Notes: generated by a model not told the origin, from the sequence alone. A stretch of 64,000 bases of DNA from Candidatus Latescibacterota bacterium (GCA_965203805.1 OZ241917.1:4000001-4064000); one strand, 5' to 3'; positions 19,412 through 29,776 are shown, counted from the stretch's first letter. Program-made: numbers and translations.

Positions 19412-20257
19412 CTACAGAGCCCACACGATCAGCAGCGACGCGCCCACGTATGAAAACGCTTCGATGAATCCGGCGCCCAGGTGCGGCTTTTCGGGATCTG
19501 AAATCTCAGCCGACAGATTCAGGCCCGGCAACAGGATCTTGTCCGTGGCAACACGCACCAGCAGCAGCAGGACCAGTCCGATGACCACCTCGAGCGCGAA
19601 TCCCTGCAGGCTCGTCGTCCACGAAATAAAGTCTCCCGCAACCGCATGCCGCACGACAATGCCGATGCCCACCAACGCGCCGGCGAACGCCACACCTGCC
19701 GCCGCGTTGTCCCGTTCGATTTCCTTATGCAGGTCGTACGGCGTCGCCCAGTTGTAGACGATGCCGGCCAATACCAGAGCCGCCTGCCCCAGCACCCAGA
19801 ACGCGAGCGTTGTGCCCAGACCGCCCAGTTCGCCGGAAACGGCGCCGAAAATCACCAGACCGGTGGCGATGTACGAGGCGCATACCACGGCGCCGGTCCC
19901 CGAATTCTGATCCCTGATAATTTCGTCGCGAATGGAGAACTGGTGCAGGATCAACCGGTCGTTGATGATCCGGGACAGGTTCATCAGCACGATCGACAAC
20001 GGGCCGTAAATGAGTACGTCGATCAGGTCGAGCTCAAGTCCATGTGACGGTCCCGAAATCACCCCTCCGATGGCCATCACCAGTCCGAAAAAGTACCCCA
20101 TGATCGCGACGGAAAGCGCCGTATTGTCCTTCTCGACAAGCTCCTCTTTCACCCGGTAGCTCGGCGTGGTCCAGTCGTATACCAGCTTTCCGATCCAGAA
20201 CAGCAGGTAAGCGCAGACAAGGTAAATCCCCGATTCCATCAAGTTGTCCAACGTCAT
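19412..20257 (-). CDS. DUF350-domain membrane protein (tandem domains)
   Basis: Repeated EEL..DN.A / EI..DN.AAG motifs between TM pairs. Confidence 0.85.
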   Translation of the reverse strand: MTLDNLMESGIYLVCAYLLFWIGKLVYDWTTPSYRVKEELVEKDNTALSVAIMGYFFGLVMAIGGVISGPSHGLELDLIDVLIYGPLSIVLMNLSRIINDRLILHQFSIRDEIIRDQNSGTGAVVCASYIATGLVIFGAVSGELGGLGTTLAFWVLGQAALVLAGIVYNWATPYDLHKEIERDNAAAGVAFAGALVGIGIVVRHAVAGDFISWTTSLQGFALEVVIGLVLLLLVRVATDKILLPGLNLSAEISDPEKPHLGAGFIEAFSYVGASLLIVWAL

Positions 20258-20940
20258 TTTCCAAACCTCCCTCTGCTGCGGCTGCCAAAGCCCGATCTGT
20301 TGCGACCGGACCGGTCCCGGACCCTCTGGGAAAAGGACCGCTGCCTGTTTGCAATCGCCTGTTGCCGGCGCTTGTAAAACCCCGGCCTTTGTCTCTTCGT
20401 GACCGACCCTTCGGTACCGTACTCGCGGTTGCGACCATAGTACGGCCGCCGGCGGTCGCGGCTGTTGCGATAGTCGTCATAGTCGTTCCGGTAAATCTGC
20501 CGCCCGTAGCCTCCGCCCATCAAGTCCCGCATCAATGCGTACTGTCCGTAGAACACCCAGAAACTCCCGCCGCCGCCCCAATGTCCGTAATTCGGGTTTC
20601 CAACGTAGTGGTATCCGGCAGGATGAGGCGTGTCGTTCACGCCCTGGTCCGACTTGGCCACAATGGCCATGCCAAGAAACGGGAGATACTTCCGATAGAC
20701 CTCGTACGGCACCTCGATCCAATCCGTCGTGCGCCGCCGTTCACCCTGGACTACCGTGTACTTATGGTAGTAGTCCGTAGAGAAGGTCCCGGCCTCCCTC
20801 ATGTCTTCCAGTATAATCATATACTCGGGCGCGTTCGCCAGGCTCTTCCGCATTTCCTGGACGGGGTCCCGTGCGCTGCACCCGGCAACCCAGAGCGTGA
20901 CGAATGCAATTACCGGCCATCGAAACTGTCGCATAAGCAT
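20254..20940 (-). CDS. Lipoprotein with Arg/Gly-rich tail (PspA-cluster associated)
   Basis: Lipobox VAG-C; YVGNPNYGHW...FWVFYGQYA; C-terminal RSGFGSRSRGRFGK; ATGA overlap with the DUF350 gene. Confidence 0.75.
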   Translation of the reverse strand: MLMRQFRWPVIAFVTLWVAGCSARDPVQEMRKSLANAPEYMIILEDMREAGTFSTDYYHKYTVVQGERRRTTDWIEVPYEVYRKYLPFLGMAIVAKSDQGVNDTPHPAGYHYVGNPNYGHWGGGGSFWVFYGQYALMRDLMGGGYGRQIYRNDYDDYRNSRDRRRPYYGRNREYGTEGSVTKRQRPGFYKRRQQAIANRQRSFSQRVRDRSGRNRSGFGSRSRGRFGK

Positions 20941-21188
20941 CTCCTTCGGTCAACAAAGAAGCAGACCCGGGGAAACCGTCCTCACACACGGAAGCGGACA
21001 GGAAGCGATACGAGGCGTTCCGTCACGCGGTCGGGATACACCCGGCGTGAGAGGCGCACTTCGCGATTGCGCCTCCGGTACAAAGATAGCCCGGCCCGAA
21101 CGGCATGTCAAGGTGCTTGCCCGTAGACCGGAGGGCTTGGTATATTGTGCAGCGAACATCGTCAATTTACCAGGAAGGAACCCCGCGC

Positions 21189-24100
21189 ATGGGTTTTGCA
21201 GTCGATACCTCGCCGCCGCCGGACCGCCATCCCCCGATCACACCGGCCGACGGTTCCGTCGCGATCCAGAATCCCCCGGCCCTGATCTGGCGCGCTGACG
21301 ACAGGGCCGCCACGTACATCGTGGAAATCTGCAGAAATTCCGGCTTTCGGGGTGAGATTATCCGCAGCGCGGGCATCGACATGCCGTTCCACAACCCGTC
21401 GAACGAACTCGACAGCGGCGCCTGGTACTGGCGTTACTTCGCGATCACGTCCGGGGGCGAGCAATCCCGACCCGGTCCTGTCCGGAGCTTTGAGATCACG
21501 TCCGAATCCGTCCCGCTTCCCGTACCCCCGACGGAGCGCATCTTCGACGAGATGCCGGACCACCCCCGCATCTTTGTGACCCCGGACACCCTGGAGGAGT
21601 TCCGCGCGCGAAGGCACGGACCGGCGCGTGAGGCCTGGCGTCACCTCAAACACCGGGCCGATGCCCTGATTCAGAGCCAACCGCCCCGACTGAGCCTGCA
21701 ATCCGTGCCGCGAAACCTCGGCGAACGACGCGGACAGGTCTTTCATTTGAAGGATGGCCGCGTAACATTTCCGGCAAACTACCAGGTTGCCGAACTCAAG
21801 AGAGGCGCGGACCACGCCAATGCACTCTCCTTTGCGTATCTGATCTCCGGCCACGAAGCGTACGCCGCGGCAGCGAGACGCTGGTTGGCTTTTCTTTCGC
21901 ACTTCCGCGTTGACATCCACCTCGAGGACCGCGGGCAGCACGACACGGTCGTTTACTGCTACGAGTTCGGCCTGAAGGGGACGGCTCTCGCCTACGATCG
22001 GTTGTACCCCCTGCTTGAATCAGAGGAACGCGCACTTGTTCTGGCGCACATCGAGTTCCATTGCGAAGCCGCTTACCGGTGGCTCAGAGACGGGCTTCAG
22101 ATTCACCTGAATTATCAGAATTCTCACGGTCAGCAGTGCATGCATGCGCTGCTGACCACGGTTCTGGCCATTGCGACCGAATCCGCCAGGACCCGGGAGT
22201 GGGCCGACTATCTTATCCGCCAGTACGTCAACCGGATCGCGTGGGGAAGCGTCGACGGCGGGTATACCGAAGGCCAGAAATACGGCCACAAGATTCAATT
22301 CATCCTGGAAGCCCTCGCCGCCCTCAGGTCCTCAACGGGTCTGGACGTCTTCCGCGAACCCCGATGGCGGAATTCCGGCGCATTCTGGTTGTACTGCATG
22401 TCCCTCAATTACTGGTGGAACCACTGGGGTGACTGCTATTCCCTGATCGACCCCAATTTCGGCAGCGACGCCGATACGTACGTTTCCGCCTTTCTATCCG
22501 CGATGACCGGGGATCCCACGGTCAAGTGGTGGAGCGATACCCGGGTCTGCAACCCGGTCCATCTCCCGCTCCAGTATCTCGCCGACAGCGGCGTTTCGTC
22601 CCGCCCACCCGTGGATATCGCGCAGGCCCGCCTGTTTCCCGACGTCGGGCAACTCGCCGCGTTCGACCGGTTCTATGACCAGGGAAGCGCCCGCATCTTC
22701 TTCAGAAGCAGTCCATGGGGAGATCACAGCCACGCCCACCAGGACCAGAACGGCTTCGTCCTCCACGCCGGGGGCGAGATCCTCTGCTGCGATGCGGGCT
22801 ACTACACCTATTCCGGCGATACCTACCATTCCCGGTGGAGCCGGACCACACAGGCGCACAATTCAATCCTCGTCGATGGCGAGAGTCAGCGCCGGGGCAT
22901 TGCCCACAAGGGAAAGATAACGGCCTTTTTCAACACGCCCGATGCCTGTGTCTTCACGGGAGACGCCTCTGGCGCGTATGGGGAACTGCTGCAAAAGTTC
23001 CAACGCCACGTCCTCTTCATCAGGCCCGACGTTTTTGTCGTCTGTGACGATCTCGAGGCTTCCGAACCCCGTGAATACGCCTGGACGCTCAACACCTTCG
23101 AACGGGCGGAAATAGACGAGAGCGGTCGATGCATGACCGTCAGGCAGCGGGACCAGCGCCTCCTGGTCCGTCACCTGGCGGGCGGCCCCCTGAAGTACAC
23201 GCAGGACAACGACCGTCCGTTTCCGTTGAAAACCCGGGACTGGTGCCGTTTTACCGAAGCCTTTCCCCAGCAATGGAACATCCGGGTGACCACTGAGAGA
23301 AGCCCGACCGCGCGGATCATCTCGGTGCTGCATACGTACACGAAAACGGGAGGGCCGGGAGTCGACGACATCCGACCCGTGGAAGCAGCCGGTGGAGGAG
23401 GTGTCGGCTTTCGTTCCGGTAACGCGACCGAATGCGTCCTGTACCGGAACGGAAGTCGCGGCGCGATTGAAGGCGCGGGTATTCGGTCGGACGCCCGGAT
23501 CGTCAACGTCCGTCGTCGCGGAGACCGGCTCCAGCGCTGGCTGCTTCATGGCGGAAAACGGCTCAGTCTGGAAGGCAAAGACCTCCTGGTGGCCGATGCG
23601 GCATGCGATGCCGCCGCGAGTTACAACCTGCGAAGCGCCCGTGCGCAGGTCCAGGTCAGGCGCCGGGAAGCCGTGCGCCTCGCCATCCACCTCCCCGATG
23701 CGCCGCGCGCCGTGGTCGCGTCGACGCCGGATCGGCCCGGAAGCGCGAAGTCGATCGATTTCACATGGCGCGAAGGTAAGGTCGAAGTTGAACTGAACAA
23801 CGCGGGCGAATCCGTGCTGTGGATTGACCCGGTCAAGGACCTCACGGTCTCTCCGCGTTCGCTCCGGATGAAGCTGAACGACGGCGCCGGCGAAGCGTCA
23901 CTGAGGCTGGAGGCCGCTGTCGCGGACAACGGCGACATCATCGCCTTTGCCGAGATCAGTCCGCGGGAGCCGGGTATCTATGAACTCGTCTCGGAAGACA
24001 CGGAGTTGCTCGTCCAGGACCGGTGGGACCCGGACTTGAGCGCGCGAGGGAATGGCCGTGTCACGGCCTGTCTGAGAGAGGGAGCGGAAATATTCGTCCG

Positions 24101-24611
24101 CTACCCGCCCGGCCTGCGACCGCATCTCCGGGCATCCCTGGTTGAGAGCCACAAAGGGCAGCTCGTCAACCTGCTCTGCAACGGCGGCTTCGAAGCCGGC
24201 ATCGTGGATTACCCGCCCCGTTACTGGAACGTGCAGCATCCCCGAACACACGATCCCGGCTGGCCGGCGTGGAGTACGGAGGATGCGGCGGACGGAAGCG
24301 CATGTTTGAAGTTCACGAGGCCCGGGGATCCCATTTCGCTCAAGAGCCGCCCCATGCGTCTGCGGACGCCGGGTCGCTATCACCTGCGGTTCAAGGCCCG
24401 GGGTTCCGCCACCCATGCGCAGGTTTCCGTGTCGGGTCAGCAGGGAACGCATCTCGTGGTTCCGGTCCGCCCCTGCGAGGCGTGGACGGAGTACCGGGCG
24501 GAACTGGACGTACAACAGGGCTATACAACCGTGTCCGTCTCGTTCAATAGGGGAGGAGAACCGGGCCAGGTCGTGTGGGTGGACGACATGGTATTCGGGT
24601 ATATCGCATAG
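21189..24611 (+). CDS. DUF4962/heparinase II/III-like polysaccharide lyase with C-terminal CBM-like domain
   Basis: HPRIF, SHAHQDQNGF, AHNSILVDG, FQRHVLF; C-terminal NLLCNGGFE. Confidence 0.8.
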   Translation: MGFAVDTSPPPDRHPPITPADGSVAIQNPPALIWRADDRAATYIVEICRNSGFRGEIIRSAGIDMPFHNPSNELDSGAWYWRYFAITSGGEQSRPGPVRSFEITSESVPLPVPPTERIFDEMPDHPRIFVTPDTLEEFRARRHGPAREAWRHLKHRADALIQSQPPRLSLQSVPRNLGERRGQVFHLKDGRVTFPANYQVAELKRGADHANALSFAYLISGHEAYAAAARRWLAFLSHFRVDIHLEDRGQHDTVVYCYEFGLKGTALAYDRLYPLLESEERALVLAHIEFHCEAAYRWLRDGLQIHLNYQNSHGQQCMHALLTTVLAIATESARTREWADYLIRQYVNRIAWGSVDGGYTEGQKYGHKIQFILEALAALRSSTGLDVFREPRWRNSGAFWLYCMSLNYWWNHWGDCYSLIDPNFGSDADTYVSAFLSAMTGDPTVKWWSDTRVCNPVHLPLQYLADSGVSSRPPVDIAQARLFPDVGQLAAFDRFYDQGSARIFFRSSPWGDHSHAHQDQNGFVLHAGGEILCCDAGYYTYSGDTYHSRWSRTTQAHNSILVDGESQRRGIAHKGKITAFFNTPDACVFTGDASGAYGELLQKFQRHVLFIRPDVFVVCDDLEASEPREYAWTLNTFERAEIDESGRCMTVRQRDQRLLVRHLAGGPLKYTQDNDRPFPLKTRDWCRFTEAFPQQWNIRVTTERSPTARIISVLHTYTKTGGPGVDDIRPVEAAGGGGVGFRSGNATECVLYRNGSRGAIEGAGIRSDARIVNVRRRGDRLQRWLLHGGKRLSLEGKDLLVADAACDAAASYNLRSARAQVQVRRREAVRLAIHLPDAPRAVVASTPDRPGSAKSIDFTWREGKVEVELNNAGESVLWIDPVKDLTVSPRSLRMKLNDGAGEASLRLEAAVADNGDIIAFAEISPREPGIYELVSEDTELLVQDRWDPDLSARGNGRVTACLREGAEIFVRYPPGLRPHLRASLVESHKGQLVNLLCNGGFEAGIVDYPPRYWNVQHPRTHDPGWPAWSTEDAADGSACLKFTRPGDPISLKSRPMRLRTPGRYHLRFKARGSATHAQVSVSGQQGTHLVVPVRPCEAWTEYRAELDVQQGYTTVSVSFNRGGEPGQVVWVDDMVFGYIA

Positions 24612-24682
24612 CGGCCGGCGCAAGGCCGTGAGCTCCTGTCCGGAATGGGACGGACGCAAGACATCATGCCGGGAGGTAGAGA

Positions 24683-25432
24683 ATGAGCCCGCGAGTACTT
24701 TTCGAAATCTGCGTCGGTTCCCCGCAAGGCGCAATTGCGGCGCAGGGGGGCGGCGCACATCGCGTTGAACTGTGCGATAATCTGATGGAAGGCGGCGCCA
24801 CGCCCAGCGCGGGCGCCATTCAGGTTGCCCGCAGGCATTTGGACATAGGTCTCAACGTGATCGTACGGCCGAGAGGAGGCGATTTCTGCTATTCAGACGT
24901 GGAGTTCGAAACGATGGTGCGGGACGTCGAGGCGGCCGCCGAGTCAGGCGCGGACGGGATTGTGATCGGCCTTCTGAATCCGGACGGATCGGTCGACGTG
25001 GAGCGCACCGGCGCCCTCATCGAGCGTATCCGCCCGCTTCCCGTAACGTTCCACCGCGCGTTCGACATGACCGCCGACCCATACCGGGCGCTGGAGGACC
25101 TGGTTTCCCTCGGCGTGGACCGGGTACTCACTTCGGGGCAGGAAATTTCGGCGCTGGAAGGGGTCGATCTGATCGCGGAACTGATTGAAGGGGCAGCCGG
25201 CCGGATCGTGGTTATGCCGGGGGGCGGAATCACGGAACGCAACGTTGCCAGGGTCGCGGCGGGCACCGGCGCCCGTGAAATCCACGTTGCGGCCGGGAGC
25301 AGCGTAGCCAGCCGGATGACGTTCCGCAACCCCAACGCCTTTATGGGCGGCGAGTTGCGCCCCCCTGAATTCTCGCATTCACTCACGGACTCCAACCGCG
25401 TCAGGGCCTTTATGGACGCCGTGAACGGATGA
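24683..25432 (+). CDS. cutC: Copper homeostasis protein CutC
   Basis: RVELC, GGATPS, VRPRGGDF, TFHRAFD, RVLTSG. Confidence 0.93.
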   Translation: MSPRVLFEICVGSPQGAIAAQGGGAHRVELCDNLMEGGATPSAGAIQVARRHLDIGLNVIVRPRGGDFCYSDVEFETMVRDVEAAAESGADGIVIGLLNPDGSVDVERTGALIERIRPLPVTFHRAFDMTADPYRALEDLVSLGVDRVLTSGQEISALEGVDLIAELIEGAAGRIVVMPGGGITERNVARVAAGTGAREIHVAAGSSVASRMTFRNPNAFMGGELRPPEFSHSLTDSNRVRAFMDAVNG

Positions 25433-25519
25433 CAGGGTCCGTCATTCGCGTGATTCCACCAGGTCCGGTTTCCATATATAATCGTCTGCCAACCAATATA
25501 CCATCGAGGAGACCTCACT

Positions 25520-26146
25520 ATGCGCATCATCGCCATCGGCTGTGAATACACCGGAAAGACAACCCTTTTCGACGCCCTCATGCAATGGGGGCGCGACCGG
25601 GGCATCGTCCATCACCTGGACGATCACTTCAGCATTCCGGACTGCCAGATGCTCAAGACCGAAGTCGACCAGCGGATCATGCTGGGTCTGCCCGAAGCGA
25701 TCAAGGAACGCTACCAGCGCTTCCAGCTTGCCTACCACGTCCGGCTGATCAACAAGTACGAACATATTCTGCTGGGTGGGTTTCACATAGAGGAGTACAT
25801 CTACGGCCCCCGGTACTATTACCCTGCTGTCGGCCGGCTCTCGGAAACGCCGAGGGCCTGGGAAGCCGAAATGCCGAAGGACACGATTCTGGTCCATCTG
25901 AAAGCCCGGGCCGACGTCGTTGAGAGACGCATGGAGGAAGACCGCCATACCTATCACATCGTCCCGAAGGAGGACGTCGAGGAGATTCTTGACGAATTCC
26001 AGGCGGAATACGGCGCCTGCTGGATCATGCGCAAATTCGAAATCGACACGTCCGACATGACGCCTCACGACCTTCTCCAGGCCTTTCTGGACGGGTCCGC
26101 CCCCTTTCTCAACGAGCGGGATGCGCTCACGCGGATGAACACGTAA
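25520..26146 (+). CDS. P-loop nucleotide-kinase-like protein
   Basis: N-terminal GCEYTGKTT Walker A; ILVHLKA...RR lid-like segment. Confidence 0.7.
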   Translation: MRIIAIGCEYTGKTTLFDALMQWGRDRGIVHHLDDHFSIPDCQMLKTEVDQRIMLGLPEAIKERYQRFQLAYHVRLINKYEHILLGGFHIEEYIYGPRYYYPAVGRLSETPRAWEAEMPKDTILVHLKARADVVERRMEEDRHTYHIVPKEDVEEILDEFQAEYGACWIMRKFEIDTSDMTPHDLLQAFLDGSAPFLNERDALTRMNT

Positions 26147-26198
26147 GCGGGAAGCGGCATCATCATGGAAAAGGCCACTTTATAACGAAGAGGATTCA

Positions 26199-27041
26199 AT
26201 GTTACCCGATCTGCAGAACCGCGAGGACCGCCGCGGCATCGACATCGATCAGGTGGGCGTCTCCAACGTGCGCTTTCCCCTGACGCTACCCCTTCGCGCC
26301 GGAGGAGAATTCAATACAGTTGCGAATCTGTCAATGACGGTGAGTCTTCCGCATTATCTTAAGGGCACTCATATGTCCAGGTTCATGATCGCCCTTAACG
26401 AGCGCAACCATCAGTTCAGACCCGACACGGTTCACGTGGTGCTGGAGGCGCTTCTCGGGCTGCTTGATGCGGAAGAAGCCTTCATCGAGATGGAGTTTCC
26501 TATCTTCTTGACGCGCCGGGCTCCAGTGACCGGTAAACCGGGCATGATGGACTACAACTGTGTTTTCCGCGGCATGATGTCAAGAATCGGCACCTTCGAC
26601 AAGATCGTCGGGGTTAAGGTGAACGTGACGACACTCTGCCCATGCAGCAAGGAAATCAGCGAATACGGCGCCCACAACCAGCGCTCCGAAATCGCAATCG
26701 ATGTTCGTCCCGCTCGCGACGAGTTTATCTGGTTCGAAGACCTGATCGATATCGCAGAGAAGAACGCTTCGTGCAGACTCTATCCCGTCCTGAAGCGGCC
26801 GGACGAAAAGGCGGTGACCGAACGGGCGTATGACAATCCGCGATTTGTCGAAGATATGGTCAGGGAAATCGGGATGGACCTGTTTGAACTTCTCGATGCG
26901 GAAAGGCTCCTCTGGTTCGACATTGCCAGCCGAAATGACGAAAGCATACACAACCACGACGCCTTCGCCAGGATTGAACGCGGGGTACGCGGTCCTCTCC
27001 TGAGTCCAAGGGAAGGGGTTGAGGTCGCAACCACTTCGTAA
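26199..27041 (+). CDS. folE2: GTP cyclohydrolase IB
   Basis: LPDLQ, KGTHMSRF, TLCPCSKEIS..GAHNQRS, KRPDE, PRFVED, ESIHNHDA. Confidence 0.95.
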   Translation: MLPDLQNREDRRGIDIDQVGVSNVRFPLTLPLRAGGEFNTVANLSMTVSLPHYLKGTHMSRFMIALNERNHQFRPDTVHVVLEALLGLLDAEEAFIEMEFPIFLTRRAPVTGKPGMMDYNCVFRGMMSRIGTFDKIVGVKVNVTTLCPCSKEISEYGAHNQRSEIAIDVRPARDEFIWFEDLIDIAEKNASCRLYPVLKRPDEKAVTERAYDNPRFVEDMVREIGMDLFELLDAERLLWFDIASRNDESIHNHDAFARIERGVRGPLLSPREGVEVATTS

Positions 27042-27366
27042 CAGGACACTGGCCTCACGAAATGTATCTGCAAGGGTCCTGGCGATTGAATGCAGCCGGA
27101 ACGCAGTGTGACACGAATCTACTGGCGCTGCATTTGAGACTTCCCGCATTCCTTGACACTGCATGGGGGTTTGCGTAATTTTGACGATAGCGCGATCTGT
27201 ATTGTTTGCGCTGGTGGGTTGGGCTCCGAGTGTCCAATCCTGAAGTACGAGATTTGCATGCCTTTGGGCATCGCTTGGTCGTTCGCCATTGGCTTTAATT
27301 GCTATTGATGTTGGTGCTAAAAAAGGCGCATGTCGTATATTCCTCGCAACCGGAGGAGGCCGAAAG

Positions 27367-27591
27367 ATGAACAATCGCATTGTCATTGACCCTGCCATTC
27401 GTCATGGCAAACCGGTGATCAAGGGAACGAGAGTACCTGTGCATCGGGTAATCGGGAGTCTCGCGGGCGGGTCTGATCCCGGCGAGGTCTGTGAGGAATA
27501 TGCTATTTCAGACGAAGACCTGAGAGCGGCGCTTGCCTATGCCGAGGAGTTGATCGAGCACGAAGAGACACATTCTCTACCACGGTCCTGA
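27367..27591 (+). CDS. DUF433 antitoxin (VapB45-like)
   Basis: RIVIDPAIRHGKPVIKGTRVPV; GGAGG RBS. Confidence 0.9.
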   Translation: MNNRIVIDPAIRHGKPVIKGTRVPVHRVIGSLAGGSDPGEVCEEYAISDEDLRAALAYAEELIEHEETHSLPRS

Positions 27592-27596
27592 TCGAC

Positions 27597-27959
27597 GTGC
27601 GATTTGTTGTTGACGCGGATCTTCCGCGATCTGTTTCTCAAGTGATTGCCGAGTACGGTCACGAAGCAGTGGATGTGCGTGATATTGGCATGATGAGCGC
27701 GAGCGATGACGAGATCGTCCAATACGCACGCAATGAGAGACTTTGCTTGTTGAGTGCCGATCTTGGGTTTGCCGACGTTCGCCGCTATCTTCCGTCGAAG
27801 TATCACGGCATCGTGGTCATGCGATTGCCTCGGCACGCGACGTCGTCATTCATTGAGCGCCTTTTATCTTCTTTCCTTGGTCAATTGGATACCTTCCCTG
27901 AACTTCGTGGGAAGTTAGCGATTGTAGATTCGGGGCGAGTACGGATTCGCGCCAGATAA
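27597..27959 (+). CDS. DUF5615 PIN-like toxin (VapC45-like)
   Basis: MRFVVDADLP, GHEAVDV, DDEI, SADLGF; directly follows DUF433. Confidence 0.88.
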   Translation: MRFVVDADLPRSVSQVIAEYGHEAVDVRDIGMMSASDDEIVQYARNERLCLLSADLGFADVRRYLPSKYHGIVVMRLPRHATSSFIERLLSSFLGQLDTFPELRGKLAIVDSGRVRIRAR

Positions 27960-28074
27960 GTCCATTCAAGCGATGTTCCTCGCCTACCTCAATTGCAAAC
28001 CCATGTTAAGCTGCTTACGCACATTGGATCTCGGAAACTTGATATTGGTGCGAAAAAATGGCGAAAACATCTAT

Positions 28075-29776
28075 CCTGACTAATTCATGAAACTGGTCGG
28101 GACAGTGTTTTTGTAAGTAGAAAGTGTTCTGTAGAAGGGAAAGCATTAGAATGAGGTGTTGCTGACGCGATGATGAGTGATTTTTGGTGTGTCGGCAGCA
28201 TCGAGGGTTGTCGAGTTTGATAAGTTGTGGTTGGCAAGGACACACGGCTGCCTTGGTCTTACCTGTTGGCTATGGGAAAGGGATGGCGGGGCCTGCGTGA
28301 AACGGCGTTATGGAACTGCCTTTGCCAAATTGCATAGGATGGTGCCATAGAGGTGTTTCAAGGGAAATGAGGTTGGCAAATGGAGTTTGATTTTGGTTTT
28401 GAGTTCGGACACTCTTCCTGCGACTTTGAGGATGCGATTCTGAATGGTATTAAACTGCGCGTGCGTCCATTGTGTGGCGCGGAGTCCTTTTTCGGTAAGG
28501 GTCTGCATCAAGACATAAGCGGCACTATGCAGTAAGAGACGGAAGTGATTGGCTTGGAAGGTGTGGCAGGAGGTACGATCGGAATGGAGGAAGGTTTTGT
28601 GATTCTTGATGAAGTTTTCCATCCTGCCTGCCTGGCCGGCAGACAGGCCGCGCGTACAATAGACGTTTTTGTAGATGTATGAGGGCTGGCTACTTTTCAG
28701 GTTGGTGACGACAAAGCGTGTATTGGCTTGTCCGGACGCGGTGATTTCAGCTTTGTAGATGATGCGTCTTGGCAGGGCCCAGGTATCTGCCTGGTAAGCG
28801 AAACTGGTAAATAACTGCACGGGCTGACGGGTTTCCCGATACCGGGCCTTTGCCTGCTCGATCAACGCGTGTCCTCGTTGCGCAAGCCTGGCATTGCCCG
28901 TTTGTCCCAGCACGAAATACACCTCTTGCGCGTCGCAAAAGTCGTGGACCTCAGGACAGGAAAAGTGGCCATCGCCACGCAGAATGATACGCACGTCCGG
29001 CCATGCCTCACGAAGCATTTTCACCAGGCGCTTGAGAATGCTGACAATCTGTCTGCCGGACGCACGGGCACCCGGACGCAGCAGCGTCGTGATCAGTCTT
29101 CCTGTCTGGCCTTCATAAATGTGCAAGGGGCAGTAACAGCGTTCACCATAATAGCCATTGAACATCGCCAACTGTTGACAGCCGTGAACCTCGTCATCGG
29201 TGTCATCGATATCCAGAACAACCCCTTTGGGAGACCCATCGTAGGACGCGATAAATCCGTCCACAAGCGCCTCGGCAATACGATATAAGTCCCTGCGACG
29301 AATGCCGTTTTCCAATCGACTCATCGTGGGTTGGCTGGCCAACGGCGCCCCGGATATCGGCAACCGATCACAGGCCGCCTTGAACGCGGGGTCAAAGCGC
29401 AACAAATCGCAATCGTTCGCATCCTCATACGCGCACGCGATCTGAAACACACGCTGGCTGATCAGATCCGACATCGTATGATCCACATAACTGGGATGCC
29501 GACGGTCCGGTAACGCCTCGACGATACGAGACAGAATGCCGATCCTGGACTCCACCTCGCGAAGCAGCATCGACCCCATATCGCTGGTGAGCACACCGCC
29601 ATCGAAAACCGCTTCCACCTGCTTGCCAGAAACACTTGCGAAAGGAACTGACAGTTGACTATCTTGAGCTTCCACGGTAGTTTCCTCCAAGTTTATTGTT
29701 GTATGGTTATCTGCCTAACCATAATATAATACAATAACTTGGGTAAGGAAACTACCTTTTTTATGAATAATTGGGG
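28075..29776 (-). mobile_element. IS1380-family insertion sequence
   Basis: Imperfect terminal IRs CCTGACTAATTCAT / ATGAATAATTGGGG; CTAT duplicated at 28071-28074 and 29777-29780. Confidence 0.9.
28308..29690 (-). CDS. IS1380 family DDE transposase
   Basis: FDGGVLTSD.G, YEDANDCD.LR.DP, LASQPTMSRLE, LDIDDT, LRGDGHF, MENFIK. Confidence 0.92.
   Translation of the reverse strand: MEETTVEAQDSQLSVPFASVSGKQVEAVFDGGVLTSDMGSMLLREVESRIGILSRIVEALPDRRHPSYVDHTMSDLISQRVFQIACAYEDANDCDLLRFDPAFKAACDRLPISGAPLASQPTMSRLENGIRRRDLYRIAEALVDGFIASYDGSPKGVVLDIDDTDDEVHGCQQLAMFNGYYGERCYCPLHIYEGQTGRLITTLLRPGARASGRQIVSILKRLVKMLREAWPDVRIILRGDGHFSCPEVHDFCDAQEVYFVLGQTGNARLAQRGHALIEQAKARYRETRQPVQLFTSFAYQADTWALPRRIIYKAEITASGQANTRFVVTNLKSSQPSYIYKNVYCTRGLSAGQAGRMENFIKNHKTFLHSDRTSCHTFQANHFRLLLHSAAYVLMQTLTEKGLRATQWTHAQFNTIQNRILKVAGRVSELKTKIKLHLPTSFPLKHLYGTILCNLAKAVP

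Noticed and set aside
27042-27360. Riboswitch or ncRNA after folE2 (5355-5500 also examined)
   Set aside because: No recognisable conserved RNA motif by eye; an Rfam scan would be needed
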